36,466 nt of DNA from Gammaproteobacteria bacterium (GCA_027076245.1 JALTKC010000492.1:1-36466), one strand, 5' to 3'. Numbered from the stretch's first letter, positions 16,789 through 27,084 are shown. Notes: a model not told the origin generated them from the letters alone. A program made the numbers and translations.

Positions 16789-17907
16789 ATGAATAACCAG
16801 AAACCAACAAAGACAGATACCCCGGTTATTGTCGGCCTGTCCGGCGGCGTGGATTCATCCGTTGCTGCCTTATTGCTCAAACAGCAGGGTTATGACGTCT
16901 CCGCGGTATTTATGAAAAACTGGAATGAGGATGACGATGAGGGCTATTGCCCGGCAGAAGAAGATTTTGCTGATGCCCAAAGCATTGCCGCTGAGCTGGA
17001 TATTCCTTTTCACGGGGTCAATTTTGCACCGGAATACTGGGATAATGTATTTGCCTATTTTCTGGCTGAATATAAAGCCGGACGCACTCCCAACCCGGAT
17101 ATATTATGCAATAAAGAAATCAAGTTTAAGGTATTTCTGGACTATGCTCTGGCTCAGGGTGCAGAAAAAATAGCCACCGGTCATTATGCCCGCGTCAGAG
17201 AAGAACAAGGTCAGTTCTATTTACTCAAGGGTAAAGATAATAATAAGGATCAAAGCTATTTTCTCTACACCATTGGCCAATATCCTCTGTCTAAAACCCT
17301 GTTTCCCGTCGGAGAACTGGAAAAGCCTCAGGTTCGCCATCTGGCTGAAAGCCACCAACTGGCTACCTGGGATAAAAAAGATTCTACCGGGATCTGTTTT
17401 ATTGGTGAACGGGACTTTAACCAGTTTCTCAGCCGTTACCTGCCGGCTCAGCCCGGTGATATGGTTACCCCCGAAGGTGAGGTTGTAGGACAGCATAAAG
17501 GACTGATGTACCATACTCTGGGACAGCGTAAAGGTCTGGGTATTGGCGGTCGGAGCACTTCCGGTAAACACAGCGGTGAACCCTGGTTTGCGGCACAGAA
17601 GGATGTACAGAATAACCGTCTGATTGTAGTACAGGGCAAAGATCACCCCCTGCTCTACAGTCAGAGCCTGAGCGCATCGGATTTACACTGGGTCAGCGGT
17701 CAACCACCCAAAACCCCGTTTCGCTGTAAAGCCAAAACCCGTTATCGCCAACCCGATCAGGACTGTGTAATTACCACCATTGAAACTTCCGCTCAGAACA
17801 GTCAATGTATGGTAGAATTCGACTCACCACAATTTGCAGTGACCCCCGGTCAGTCAGTGGTTTTTTACGATGGTGAAATCTGCCTGGGGGGCGGGGTAAT
17901 TAATTAG
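16789..17907 (+). CDS. mnmA: tRNA 2-thiouridine(34) synthase
   Basis: 372 aa. PP-loop [10 protein letters not shown], with MnmA/TrmU-like sequence over the full length. Confidence 0.95.
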   Translation: MNNQKPTKTDTPVIVGLSGGVDSSVAALLLKQQGYDVSAVFMKNWNEDDDEGYCPAEEDFADAQSIAAELDIPFHGVNFAPEYWDNVFAYFLAEYKAGRTPNPDILCNKEIKFKVFLDYALAQGAEKIATGHYARVREEQGQFYLLKGKDNNKDQSYFLYTIGQYPLSKTLFPVGELEKPQVRHLAESHQLATWDKKDSTGICFIGERDFNQFLSRYLPAQPGDMVTPEGEVVGQHKGLMYHTLGQRKGLGIGGRSTSGKHSGEPWFAAQKDVQNNRLIVVQGKDHPLLYSQSLSASDLHWVSGQPPKTPFRCKAKTRYRQPDQDCVITTIETSAQNSQCMVEFDSPQFAVTPGQSVVFYDGEICLGGGVIN

Positions 17908-17951
17908 TGCCTATCCATTTATTAATAAAATATCCATAACAGGTTTTAACA

Positions 17952-18578
17952 TTGACAAACGAACAGCTCAGCAATCTGGAACAACGCACCCTTGCTCTGG
18001 CCGGAATCTTTCAGAACTGTTATCAGGTACAGCAACTGGCCAATAGCGGTCTGATTGATCGTTTTTATCTTAATATTGCCGTTAAGGCCATTATGAATAC
18101 CGAACCGGATAATGCTCTGGAGGTCTTTGACGGACTGCCGGGCATACGCGAAGGACTGCAGCTTATTGTTCAGCAGTTAAGCGGTGACAGTAAAAAGCGC
18201 AGTGCCGATCTGACCCGCTACAGTATTTCGGTGCTGTTCCTTGCGGGCAAACTGCTTAAAAACCCGGCTATGCTCAATGATCTGAGTCAGGGCATTGAAA
18301 AAACCCGGGCACAGATAGAGCACTTCGGCATTGATCACACAAATATTTATGCCAGCCTGGGTGGTCTGTATACCGATACCATCAGCAAATTAAGTCCCCG
18401 TATTATGGTCTCCGGTGAACCGACGATACTTAATAATACCGACAATGCCAATAAGATCCGTACACTCTTATTATCCGCCATTCGTTCTGCGGTACTCTGG
18501 AATCAGCTGGGCGGCAGTCGCTGGCAACTACTATTACAGCGAAAAAAAATTGTTCAGACTGCCAGAAATCTGGCATAA
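17952..18578 (+). CDS. hflD: High-frequency-of-lysogenization protein HflD homolog
   Basis: 208 aa. The N-terminal RTLALAGIFQ...VQQLA is typical of HflD. TTG start. The mnmA-hflD adjacency is conserved. Confidence 0.85.
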   Translation: MTNEQLSNLEQRTLALAGIFQNCYQVQQLANSGLIDRFYLNIAVKAIMNTEPDNALEVFDGLPGIREGLQLIVQQLSGDSKKRSADLTRYSISVLFLAGKLLKNPAMLNDLSQGIEKTRAQIEHFGIDHTNIYASLGGLYTDTISKLSPRIMVSGEPTILNNTDNANKIRTLLLSAIRSAVLWNQLGGSRWQLLLQRKKIVQTARNLA

Positions 18579-18852
18579 ACCGCCGTTCATACGCACAGTA
18601 ATGAACTTTTAAAATTCAATTCTGTCTATAACTGCAAATCAGTCATCCTGCTCCCTTACAGCTTGCCTCTTTCCCGGAGACAGAGGGGAGATAACAGGGG
18701 CTGACTAATATAAGCCTTTATTAACCATATACTTGTTTTTTACCTTTTTATACCAAAATTAACAGACATATCCTGTTTTCCTGTTCCATTAAAATGCAAA
18801 TGGAATAATAAGGATACCTAATTACTATTTTTGAGATGAATAATAAAATACT

Positions 18853-19839
18853 ATGAGTCTATTTCAGCAGATCACACAAGCTAAAGATTGCTTAAGAAAA
18901 AAAATTATTGGCCAGGATGCTCTGGTCAATAAACTGTTTATTGCCCTGCTTGCCGACGGACATTTACTGGTCGAAGGTGCGCCTGGACTGGCCAAGACCC
19001 GGGCCATTAAGGAGCTGGGTGATTTAATTGAGGCCGATTTTCACCGGGTACAGTTTACTCCGGATCTATTGCCTGCGGATTTAACCGGTACGGAAATATA
19101 CCGCCCCCAGGACGGCAGTTTCCACTTTCAGCAGGGGCCGTTGTTTCACAATCTGTTACTGGCCGATGAAATAAACCGCGCACCGGCTAAAGTGCAGTCG
19201 GCATTGCTGGAAGCCATGGCAGAAAAACAGATCACCATTGGCCGAAAAACCTATCCCCTGCCCAAACTGTTTATGGTTATGGCGACCCAGAATCCTATTG
19301 AACAGGAAGGTACCTATCCCCTGCCGGAAGCACAGCTGGATCGTTTTTTAATGCATATCCGCATTGACTATCCGGAACAAAATGCTGAAAAATCCATTCT
19401 GGCTCTCAACCGTCAGGAAGCCCAGCAGGATCTTGTTAACACTCAGAACAGCAAAAATACTGATGGAGATAAATTTGTTATTTCCCAGCAGGTTCTGTTT
19501 GCCGCCCGGCATGAAATTTTAAATATTCATATGAGTCCAGAGGTAGAAGATTATCTGCTAAAAATTATTCTGGCGACCAGAAATCCAAAGCCTTATGATG
19601 AGACACTGGCCAACTGGGTAAACTACGGCGTTAGCCCGAGGGCGACCATTGCTCTGGATCGTTGTGCCCGAGCTCATGCCTGGTTAGCCGGTAAGGACTA
19701 TGTTGCACCGTCTGACATACAGGCAGTAGTAGCCGATATTTTCCGGCACCGGATTTTACTATCTTTTGAAGCCGAAGCAAACGGCATTGACCCGGATTAT
19801 TTTATCAGTAAATTACTGGGCTATATTGCGGTTCCCTAA
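18853..19839 (+). CDS. moxR: MoxR-family AAA+ ATPase
   Basis: 328 aa. Walker A GAPGLAKT, Walker B LLLADEINRA, and the MoxR-type C-terminal region. Confidence 0.92.
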   Translation: MSLFQQITQAKDCLRKKIIGQDALVNKLFIALLADGHLLVEGAPGLAKTRAIKELGDLIEADFHRVQFTPDLLPADLTGTEIYRPQDGSFHFQQGPLFHNLLLADEINRAPAKVQSALLEAMAEKQITIGRKTYPLPKLFMVMATQNPIEQEGTYPLPEAQLDRFLMHIRIDYPEQNAEKSILALNRQEAQQDLVNTQNSKNTDGDKFVISQQVLFAARHEILNIHMSPEVEDYLLKIILATRNPKPYDETLANWVNYGVSPRATIALDRCARAHAWLAGKDYVAPSDIQAVVADIFRHRILLSFEAEANGIDPDYFISKLLGYIAVP

Positions 19840-19851
19840 AGGCGGGTCAAT

Positions 19852-20919
19852 ATGAGTTTGTGGCAAACACTTTTTAATACGCAGGATCATTCCGCCAATA
19901 CTAAAGACACGATGCGTGCTTCCGGTACGGCTCAGGAAGGATCAGACAAGCAGGCAACCCATGTGGATCTGCAGGGTCTGATTCAGCTGCGTTTTCATTC
20001 TTCCCGGATTTCACTGGGATCACAGCGTAAGGCCTTTTCTGCCCTGGCCGGTCAATACATGTCCCCTTTTAAGGGACGCGGTCTGAACTTTGATGAGGTA
20101 CGTCCTTATCAGCCCGGCGATGATATACGCAATATCGACTGGAATGTGACTGCCCGTACTGACCGGGTACACACCAAGGTGTTTAAGGAGGAGCGGGAGC
20201 GCCCGGTATTTATTGTGGTTGATCTCAGCCGCAGCATGTATTTTGGTACCCGCCATTGCCTTAAATCAGTGACAGCAGCCAAGGCCGCGGCCCTGTTTGC
20301 CTGGGCTGGTGCCGATAATCATAATCGTATTGGCGGCGTCGTCTTTAATGACTCTGATCACCGGGAAATGCGTCCCCGGGGCGGTCATCAGGGTGTGTTA
20401 CGTTATCTGAAAATGCTGAGCGATTTTCATAATGCACCGCTGGAAAATACCCTTCCCAATGCAGAGGGGTTTACCACCGATAATCACAATAGTCATTTCA
20501 GCAGTGAATTTTTATTTGCCCGACTGCAGAAACTGATCCACCCCGGCAGTATTGTTTTATTTGCCAGCGACTTTATGAATACCACGGAAACCGCTTTAAA
20601 ACACATTCGTCATATTGCCCGTCACAATGATTTACTTATGGCGCATATTTATGATCCCATTGAAGCCGAGCTGCCGCCGGCAGGCCGTTATGCCATTAGT
20701 GACGGTGAACATTTCCAACAGATTGATACCAGTGATCCGTCTCTGCGTCAGGCCTTTCACCAGTCTTTCACCCGCAAGGAGCAAGAAATAGAACAGTTTT
20801 GCATACACAACCAGAGTAATCTGATTAAACTGGCCACTTATGACAAGGTACCGGAACGCTTTATAGCCGCCCTGGGCAGAGACAATACTACCCGAAGAAT
20901 TGCCAGGAGTCGTCATTAA
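19852..20919 (+). CDS. DUF58-family protein (vWA-like MoxR partner)
   Basis: 355 aa. FKGRGLNFDEVRPYQPGDDIRNIDWNVTAR is the DUF58 signature, followed by FIVVDLSRSM. Confidence 0.88.
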   Translation: MSLWQTLFNTQDHSANTKDTMRASGTAQEGSDKQATHVDLQGLIQLRFHSSRISLGSQRKAFSALAGQYMSPFKGRGLNFDEVRPYQPGDDIRNIDWNVTARTDRVHTKVFKEERERPVFIVVDLSRSMYFGTRHCLKSVTAAKAAALFAWAGADNHNRIGGVVFNDSDHREMRPRGGHQGVLRYLKMLSDFHNAPLENTLPNAEGFTTDNHNSHFSSEFLFARLQKLIHPGSIVLFASDFMNTTETALKHIRHIARHNDLLMAHIYDPIEAELPPAGRYAISDGEHFQQIDTSDPSLRQAFHQSFTRKEQEIEQFCIHNQSNLIKLATYDKVPERFIAALGRDNTTRRIARSRH

Positions 20920-21536
20920 TGCCTGTTACATCGAACAATCCGGTTATAACATCTAATCCGGTTATGACATCCACAGCACCGGGCAATGGTTTTGATCCGT
21001 CTCAACTGGCCGATATTCATTTACCTCAGGCCATTAGTTTCTGGCCCATTGCACCGGGCTGGTGGTTCACCCTCGGGGTAGTGATCATTGCGCTTACCGC
21101 CTTCTGGTTATGGAAAAAACAGCATGAGCGGGATCCGGCCGTGCTGGAACAGCGCCGTCTAAAACGCCTGAAAAGCGAAGCACAGCAAGAGCTGGAAAAG
21201 CTGAAACAGCAATACAAAGCGCAACAAAATGCCCATAAGAGTATAGAAGCACTGTCTGTGTTTCTGCGGCGTTTTGCCCTGTCTGTTTATCCACGGGAGC
21301 AGGTCGCTTCATTAACCGATGAACAATGGCTGAAACTGCTGGATCGTCTTTCCGGAACTGAGGATTTTTCCGGTTGCTTTAAAAATCTGTTACTGGAAGC
21401 CCCCTATCAGGCACCGGATAAAACCATTGATACTCAATTACTGGAACAGTTATTTGCAGCCGCAGAAACGCTGCTGGCGAAAACCGTACAGCAAAAGCTG
21501 AGCGCACAAAAAGATTCCGGAGGTCAGCATGTATAG
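20919..21536 (+). CDS. Small membrane protein of Bat-type operons (DUF4381-like)
   Basis: 205 aa with one TM helix (WWFTLGVVIIALTAFWLW). Its ATG overlaps the upstream TAA (TAATG). Its position between DUF58 and batA is typical of these operons. Confidence 0.65.
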   Translation: MPVTSNNPVITSNPVMTSTAPGNGFDPSQLADIHLPQAISFWPIAPGWWFTLGVVIIALTAFWLWKKQHERDPAVLEQRRLKRLKSEAQQELEKLKQQYKAQQNAHKSIEALSVFLRRFALSVYPREQVASLTDEQWLKLLDRLSGTEDFSGCFKNLLLEAPYQAPDKTIDTQLLEQLFAAAETLLAKTVQQKLSAQKDSGGQHV

Positions 21537-22554
21537 TTTTGACTGGCCCTGGATGTTCCTGCTACTGCCCTTACCTTTACTGGTGTACTGGTTCAGCAAG
21601 CCTCTGGCCAGCACTCAGTCAAAGGCTCTAAAGGTACCGTTTTACCATACCATAGACCAGCTTGGCCGCCGGAGCGCAGCGGTTAATAAAAGCCGTTTTT
21701 CTCCGGCACTGATCCTGGCTTTACTGGCCTGGATATTATTGATTACCGCCAGTGCTCAGCCCAAATGGTCGGGAGAAGCCATATCCATTCCTGTCAGTGG
21801 CCGGGACTTAATGCTGGCAGTGGATATTTCCGGCAGTATGGAGCAGACCGATATGTTTTTTGCCCAGGATGCGGTGGACAGACTGACCGCGGTTAAAGCC
21901 GTTCTGCTGCCTTTTATCAAACAGCGCAAAGGCGACCGCATTGGTCTGATTCTGTTTGGTGATCACGCTTATCTGCAAACACCTCTGACCTTTGACCGTA
22001 AAACCGTTGAACGGATGCTGCTTGAATCCTTTATCGGCATGGCCGGACAACGTGCTACAGCCATTGGTGATGCCATTGGTCTGGCAGTCAAACGTCTGAA
22101 GGATTTGCCCGCAACACAAAGTGAATCCAGAGTCCTGATCCTGCTCACGGACGGTTCCAATAACGCCGGCATTGCACCCTTAACCGCGGCAAAACTGGCC
22201 AAACAGATCGGTATAAAAATTTACACCATTGGTTTTGGTGCTGATGAAATGATCGTACGCTCCTTTTTTGGCCGACAGCGAGTCAATCCCTCCAGAGATC
22301 TGGATGAAAAGACCTTAAAGGAGATTGCCCACATTACCGGCGGCCAGTATTTCCGTGCCAGAGATACCAGGGAACTGCAGAAAATTTATCAGACACTGGA
22401 TCAGCTGGAACCAGTGGAATCCGATAATCTGACGTATCGTCCAACCAAATCTCTGTTTCATCTGCCGCTGAGTCTGGCCTTTGTGCTGGCGATTATGGTG
22501 TATTTACTGCGTCAGTTTTATCAGCCCTTTTATAGCCGGAAGGGAGGTCAATAA
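21529..22554 (+). CDS. batA: BatA-like membrane-anchored vWA protein
   Basis: 341 aa with N- and C-terminal TM helices. vWA MIDAS motifs: LAVDISGSM and LLTDGSNNAG. Overlaps the upstream gene by 8 nt. GGAGG SD. Confidence 0.85.
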   Translation: MYSFDWPWMFLLLPLPLLVYWFSKPLASTQSKALKVPFYHTIDQLGRRSAAVNKSRFSPALILALLAWILLITASAQPKWSGEAISIPVSGRDLMLAVDISGSMEQTDMFFAQDAVDRLTAVKAVLLPFIKQRKGDRIGLILFGDHAYLQTPLTFDRKTVERMLLESFIGMAGQRATAIGDAIGLAVKRLKDLPATQSESRVLILLTDGSNNAGIAPLTAAKLAKQIGIKIYTIGFGADEMIVRSFFGRQRVNPSRDLDEKTLKEIAHITGGQYFRARDTRELQKIYQTLDQLEPVESDNLTYRPTKSLFHLPLSLAFVLAIMVYLLRQFYQPFYSRKGGQ

Positions 22555-24671
22555 TGTTAGCAGATTTTCATTTTTTACGACCTGAGTGGCTGCTGGCTGT
22601 CCCTGTGGTGGCCATTATACTGATTGTGTTTTATCGTCGCTCCAGACAGAGTATCGGCTGGGAAAAGGTGTGTGATCCGGCTTTACTGGACTTTCAGCTC
22701 ACCCGCACCAGAGAAAGCAGCGGTTCTGCTTCACGCCTGTTATTATGGCTGGTTCCCTTAATGTTTCTAATCAGCATTATTGCTCTGGCCGGGCCAAGCT
22801 GGCAGAAAAAAGAACAGCCAGTTTTTCAGAAGGATTCCGCTCTGGTTATTGTGCTTGACCTGTCCCTATCCATGAATGCAAAAGATGTCAAACCTTCTCG
22901 TCTGGAAAGAGCCAAACTTAAAATTATTGATATTTTAAAGCAGAAAAAAGAAGGCCAGACAGCACTGGTAGCCTATGCCGGTGATGCCCATATTGTCAGC
23001 CCTCTGACCATTGATAATAAAACCATTATGTCCCTGCTACCGGCTCTGGACTCTTCCATTATGCCCCTGTCCGGCTCATCTGCAGCAGATGCAATAAAAA
23101 CCGCAAAAGAATTATTAGTCAATGCCGGTTACAACCGGGGGGACATATTATTATTTACCGATGGTATTGATGCTTCAGAACAACTGAAGATAACACAACA
23201 GCTTAAACAACTTGAACAACAGGGCTATCATACCTCTATTATCGGTATCGGTACTCAGGCCGGCTCCCCTATTCCCATTCCCGGTCAGGGAGGCTTTATT
23301 AAGGATCGCTCCGGTCAGGTTATATTAAACAAACTGGAAGAACAGCCCTTAAAAGCCATCGCTCAGGCTGGCGGCGGTTTTTATCATCGTCTGTCACTGG
23401 ATGACAGCGATTTTAAGGAAATTCTGGAACAGAAGTTTATTGATAAAGATAAAGTCAAACAACAGGATGAAGAACTGGAACAATGGATTGATGCCGGAGC
23501 TTATGTCACACTGCTGATTATACCGCTGGCATTATTGATGTTTCGCAAGGGTGTACTCACTCTGTTAGTGGGCTCCTTACTGGTTTCATCCTTGCTGTTG
23601 CCGGTCTTTTATAGTGATCCTGTTATGGCTGAACAGGTATCTGAAAACACGGCTGACATCGCCGCACCTCAGCAAAAAGGCAAGTCCGGCTTTAACTGGA
23701 ATGATCTCTGGCTGACACCGGATCAGCAGGCCGATAAAAGCTTTAAGGCACAGAACTATCAACAGGCAGCCGAAACCTTTAAGGATCCACTCTGGAAAGC
23801 CTCGGCTTATTATCGTGCCGGTCAATATGAACAGGCCTTACAGCAATACAGCCAGTTTGACAGCGCTGATGCCTTATACAACAAGGGTAATACTCTGGCC
23901 AATCTGCAGAAGTTTCCACAAGCCATTAAGGCTTATGAGCAGGCCTTAAAACAAAATCCGGAATTTAAGGATGCCAAAAAGAATCTTGATTACGTAAAAA
24001 AACTTCTGGAACAGCAAAAACAGCAGTCTGGACAGAACAATCAGAAGCAGCAGGATCAAAACAATCAGTCTCAACAGAACAATTCACAGCAGAACCAGCA
24101 ACAGGATCAGTCCGGTAATAAACAGGATTCTCAATCTGACAAAGAATCCGGCAGTGATGGTCAGAAGCAGGAGCAGGAACAACAGAACGATACGGGTAAA
24201 AATCAGGACAAGTCTGAAAATTCCGAATCTGAATCGGACTCAGAACAACAGTCCTCTCAACAGGATCAGGATAAAAGTCAGGAACAGAAAGATCCGTCTT
24301 CTGAACAGCAACAACAGGCAGCTCAAAATGCGCAGCAGGATAACAGCGATCAGCAATCCCAACAGGCGAAACAGCCTGACAGCAAGGAGGAGATTGAAAA
24401 AGCCAGAGAGCAGGCCGCTCAGGCTGCACAGACTCAGGAAGATCAATCTGAGGAACATGATCAGGACAAAGAGCAGCACAATGAGCAGGCACAGGCTCCG
24501 GCCGATCTTATGTCACAGCTCAGCCAGGAAGAACAGCAATCCATGAAACAGTGGTTACAGCGGATCCCGGATAACCCCGGTGAACTGCTGAGAATTAAAT
24601 TCAGGAACAATACATTGATTAAACAAAGACAACAGCAAAGTCCGCAACAATACGAGGGTAACCCATGGTAA
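22554..24671 (+). CDS. batB: BatB/BatC-like fusion: vWA domain, TM helices, TPR repeats and a long Q/S/D/E-rich tail
   Basis: 705 aa. vWA motifs VLDLSLSM and LLFTDG, mid-protein TM helices, and TPR-like AYYRAGQYEQALQQY...AIKAYEQALKQNP. The low-complexity tract is followed by MKQWLQRIPDNPGELLRIKF. TAATG overlap with batA. Confidence 0.85.
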   Translation: MLADFHFLRPEWLLAVPVVAIILIVFYRRSRQSIGWEKVCDPALLDFQLTRTRESSGSASRLLLWLVPLMFLISIIALAGPSWQKKEQPVFQKDSALVIVLDLSLSMNAKDVKPSRLERAKLKIIDILKQKKEGQTALVAYAGDAHIVSPLTIDNKTIMSLLPALDSSIMPLSGSSAADAIKTAKELLVNAGYNRGDILLFTDGIDASEQLKITQQLKQLEQQGYHTSIIGIGTQAGSPIPIPGQGGFIKDRSGQVILNKLEEQPLKAIAQAGGGFYHRLSLDDSDFKEILEQKFIDKDKVKQQDEELEQWIDAGAYVTLLIIPLALLMFRKGVLTLLVGSLLVSSLLLPVFYSDPVMAEQVSENTADIAAPQQKGKSGFNWNDLWLTPDQQADKSFKAQNYQQAAETFKDPLWKASAYYRAGQYEQALQQYSQFDSADALYNKGNTLANLQKFPQAIKAYEQALKQNPEFKDAKKNLDYVKKLLEQQKQQSGQNNQKQQDQNNQSQQNNSQQNQQQDQSGNKQDSQSDKESGSDGQKQEQEQQNDTGKNQDKSENSESESDSEQQSSQQDQDKSQEQKDPSSEQQQQAAQNAQQDNSDQQSQQAKQPDSKEEIEKAREQAAQAAQTQEDQSEEHDQDKEQHNEQAQAPADLMSQLSQEEQQSMKQWLQRIPDNPGELLRIKFRNNTLIKQRQQQSPQQYEGNPW
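24010..24500 (+). repeat. Low-complexity Gln/Ser/Asp/Glu/Asn/Lys-rich coding tract within batB/C
   Basis: About 160 codons almost free of hydrophobic residues (QQKQQSGQNNQKQQDQNNQSQQNNSQQNQQQDQSG...). The boundaries are approximate. Confidence 0.7.
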
Positions 24672-26443
24672 GAAAGACGCTTAATACAATAATGGGTCTT
24701 AAATTGCAGTATATTATGCTCATTTTGCTGACACTCAGTTTCTCTACCCCCTTATGGGCGGATGTCAGGGCTACAACGGACCGAACCGTAGTGGCTATTG
24801 ATGAAACTATTACACTGAATATTCAGTCCAAAAACGGTTCCGGTTCTCCGGATCTGGGTGTGCTGAAAAAAGATTTTCAGATCCTGGGACAAAGTCAGAG
24901 CCAGAACTACAGTTTTATTAATGGCCATGCGTCCAGTACCCAGACCTGGACCATTACCCTATTACCCAAATCAACCGGTGAACTGACCATTCCTGCCATT
25001 AAGGTCGGCAATGAACATACCCAACCAATACCTCTGGTTATTCAGAAACAGTCCACCACACCAGCACTGGACGGCAAGGAGGTCTTTTTAAAGCTGCAGC
25101 TATCTGCTGAAGACAGTGTTTATGTACAGCAGCAGATCCTGTTAACCGTGCAACTGTATCATCGTATCCGACTGGCCAATGCCACCTTAACCGATCTGGA
25201 ACTGAACAATGCCGTTATTGAAAAACTGGGTAATGACAGCAACTATACCAAGGTGATCGGGAAAAACCGCTACAATGTGATAGAACGTCAATACGCCATT
25301 TATCCCCAACAAAGCGGTACATTAACCATTCCGTCACTGACCTTTTCCGGTAATAAGGAAATCGGCCAGAGCTTTTCCCTGTTTTCACGTCCAGGACGTC
25401 AGCTGATCAGCCGTACCGAACCGGTTACCATTAACGTTAAACCCATTCCGTCCAGCTATACAGGTCAATACTGGCTGCCTGCTGAGTCGGTGGTACTGGA
25501 ATCGGAAATTCTGGAAGATACAAATAATATTAAAGCCGGAGAGGCCATTACCCGGCATATTATTATCCGGGCCACCAATCTTCTGGGTTCTCAACTTCCG
25601 GCCATCAGCATGGCTTCAAACAGCGATTATAAAACCTATCCTGATAAGGAAAAACTCAATAACCAGCTGGTTAACGGCAAAGTCATAGGCAGCCGTAAAG
25701 ACACCATTGCCATTATTCCCTTACATCCGGGGCCGTTTACCCTACCTGAAATCAAGGTCAGCTGGTGGAATACCCTAAGCAATAAACAGGAAACCGCTGT
25801 TCTGCCGGCTCGAACACTTAACGCTCTGCCTAACCCCGATATGCAGACTCAGTCGGCTCCCAAACCACCTACACCTGCACCGGTAATCAAACCACAACCG
25901 GTTCAGCCAGTTGCCAATAGCACAAAAAGTGATAATTCAATGCCTGAACGCACTGAAAATTCCCTTGAAAAAATCATTACAGCAGAGCCGCACTTTACTA
26001 AAAACCGCTGGTTCTGGGTCAGTATGGGCTTACTGATATTATGGCTGATAACACTGATATTATGGCTTTCTGCCAGAAAAAAACAGACGGCACCAGCCGT
26101 AGTGACAGCCCCCGTACCGAAAGAGTCACACGAGCCTTATTTACAGCGTGTCTATGCTGCCTGCCGGAAAAATAATCCCGCAGCCATTCAGGAGGCTCTG
26201 GTGCAGTGGGCAAAAGTTTACTTTAATCAGCCTTTGCTGGCCGGTTTATCGGACATTATTGAACAGACGGATGATCAGGCTCTAATCAGGGCCATTACCG
26301 GCCTGGAGGCATCCAGGTATTCCAGCCATAAACAGAACTGGGAGAGTAAGGAACTGGAAAAAGCCCTGCAGAATTTTATTGCACAACAGAATAAGCGTAA
26401 TAACGATGGTGACGGACAGGTATTGGCAGAACTCAACCCATAA
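24665..26443 (+). CDS. batD: BatD-like protein
   Basis: 592 aa. Signal peptide, a large extracytoplasmic region, a Pro-rich linker, one C-terminal TM helix (WFWVSMGLLILWLITLILWL) and a cytoplasmic tail. Overlaps batB/C by 7 nt. Confidence 0.8.
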   Translation: MVRKTLNTIMGLKLQYIMLILLTLSFSTPLWADVRATTDRTVVAIDETITLNIQSKNGSGSPDLGVLKKDFQILGQSQSQNYSFINGHASSTQTWTITLLPKSTGELTIPAIKVGNEHTQPIPLVIQKQSTTPALDGKEVFLKLQLSAEDSVYVQQQILLTVQLYHRIRLANATLTDLELNNAVIEKLGNDSNYTKVIGKNRYNVIERQYAIYPQQSGTLTIPSLTFSGNKEIGQSFSLFSRPGRQLISRTEPVTINVKPIPSSYTGQYWLPAESVVLESEILEDTNNIKAGEAITRHIIIRATNLLGSQLPAISMASNSDYKTYPDKEKLNNQLVNGKVIGSRKDTIAIIPLHPGPFTLPEIKVSWWNTLSNKQETAVLPARTLNALPNPDMQTQSAPKPPTPAPVIKPQPVQPVANSTKSDNSMPERTENSLEKIITAEPHFTKNRWFWVSMGLLILWLITLILWLSARKKQTAPAVVTAPVPKESHEPYLQRVYAACRKNNPAAIQEALVQWAKVYFNQPLLAGLSDIIEQTDDQALIRAITGLEASRYSSHKQNWESKELEKALQNFIAQQNKRNNDGDGQVLAELNP

Positions 26444-26461
26444 CGAACAGCAATAGCTGAA

Positions 26462-26494
26462 TTACCCTTCCATACTTACACCATGGAAGGGTAA
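26462..26494. terminator. 12-bp perfect hairpin between convergent batD and ferritin genes
   Basis: TTACCCTTCCAT (26462-26473), a 9-nt loop, then ATGGAAGGGTAA (26483-26494). There is no clear U-tract on either side. Confidence 0.5.
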
Positions 26495-26503
26495 CATCAT
26501 CAC

Positions 26504-27013
26504 TTAAAGATCAGAAGGTGTCCCAAGAGTACGGGTTGATAACTCATTATCAATCATCAGCGTACCATAGCCATCCCCTTCTACCAGTTTCAGCTTGGCA
26601 ATAATTTCCATAACGGTGGACTCTTCTTCCACCTGCTCATTTACAAACCACTGCAGAAGATTATAGCTGGCATGGTCTTTTTTCTTTAAAGCCTTATTGC
26701 TTAATTCATTTAGATTGCGGGTCATAAACTGCTCATGCTCCAGACTGGCCTGAAAAACATCCAGCAGAGTACCGAATTCTTTGGGCGGCTTGTCAATAGC
26801 TTCAAGATTAATGGAACAGCCCTGTTCGATCAGATAATTGTAGATACGGGTAGCATGCTGGTGTTCTTCTTCATACTGCAGTTTAAACCAGTGAGCAGCC
26901 CCGTTAAAGTCTTTTGAGCTGCAGTAAGCAGACATGGAAAGGTACAGATAAGCGGAATAGAATTCACGATTCAGCTGTTTAATGAGTTCTTTTCTGATTT
27001 TCTTACTTATCAT
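26504..27013 (-). CDS. ftnA: Non-heme ferritin
   Basis: Ferritin-like ferroxidase motifs: REFYSAYLYLSM, YEEEHQH and QWFVNEQVEEE. I prefer ATG 27013 (MISKKIRKEL, AGGAAA SD) to the track's TTG 27049. Confidence 0.88.
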   Translation of the reverse strand: MISKKIRKELIKQLNREFYSAYLYLSMSAYCSSKDFNGAAHWFKLQYEEEHQHATRIYNYLIEQGCSINLEAIDKPPKEFGTLLDVFQASLEHEQFMTRNLNELSNKALKKKDHASYNLLQWFVNEQVEEESTVMEIIAKLKLVEGDGYGTLMIDNELSTRTLGTPSDL

Positions 27014-27048
27014 AATTTTTCCTGTAAGCGATTGAGATTTAAAACACA

Positions 27049-27077
27049 ATCATAGACGGGTGACAGGAAAAATTCAA
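27049..27077 (-). promoter_or_regulatory. Candidate sigma70 promoter for ferritin
   Basis: On the minus strand: TTGAAT (27077-27072), a 17-nt spacer, then TATGAT (27054-27049). It lies about 35 nt upstream of ATG 27013. Confidence 0.5.
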
Positions 27078-27084
27078 TGAAAAG

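Noticed and set aside
23965-24546. 175-aa minus-strand and 130-aa plus-strand ORFs inside the batB/C low-complexity tract.
   Set aside because: They are by-products of the stop-poor CAG/CAA/GAA-rich repeat region. The batB/C frame is continuous with conserved flanking domains.
27014-27049. TTG 27049 as the ferritin start (MCFKSQSLTGKI...).
   Set aside because: It would put the start inside the predicted -10 element. ATG 27013 has an AGGAAA SD and gives a normal ferritin N-terminus.
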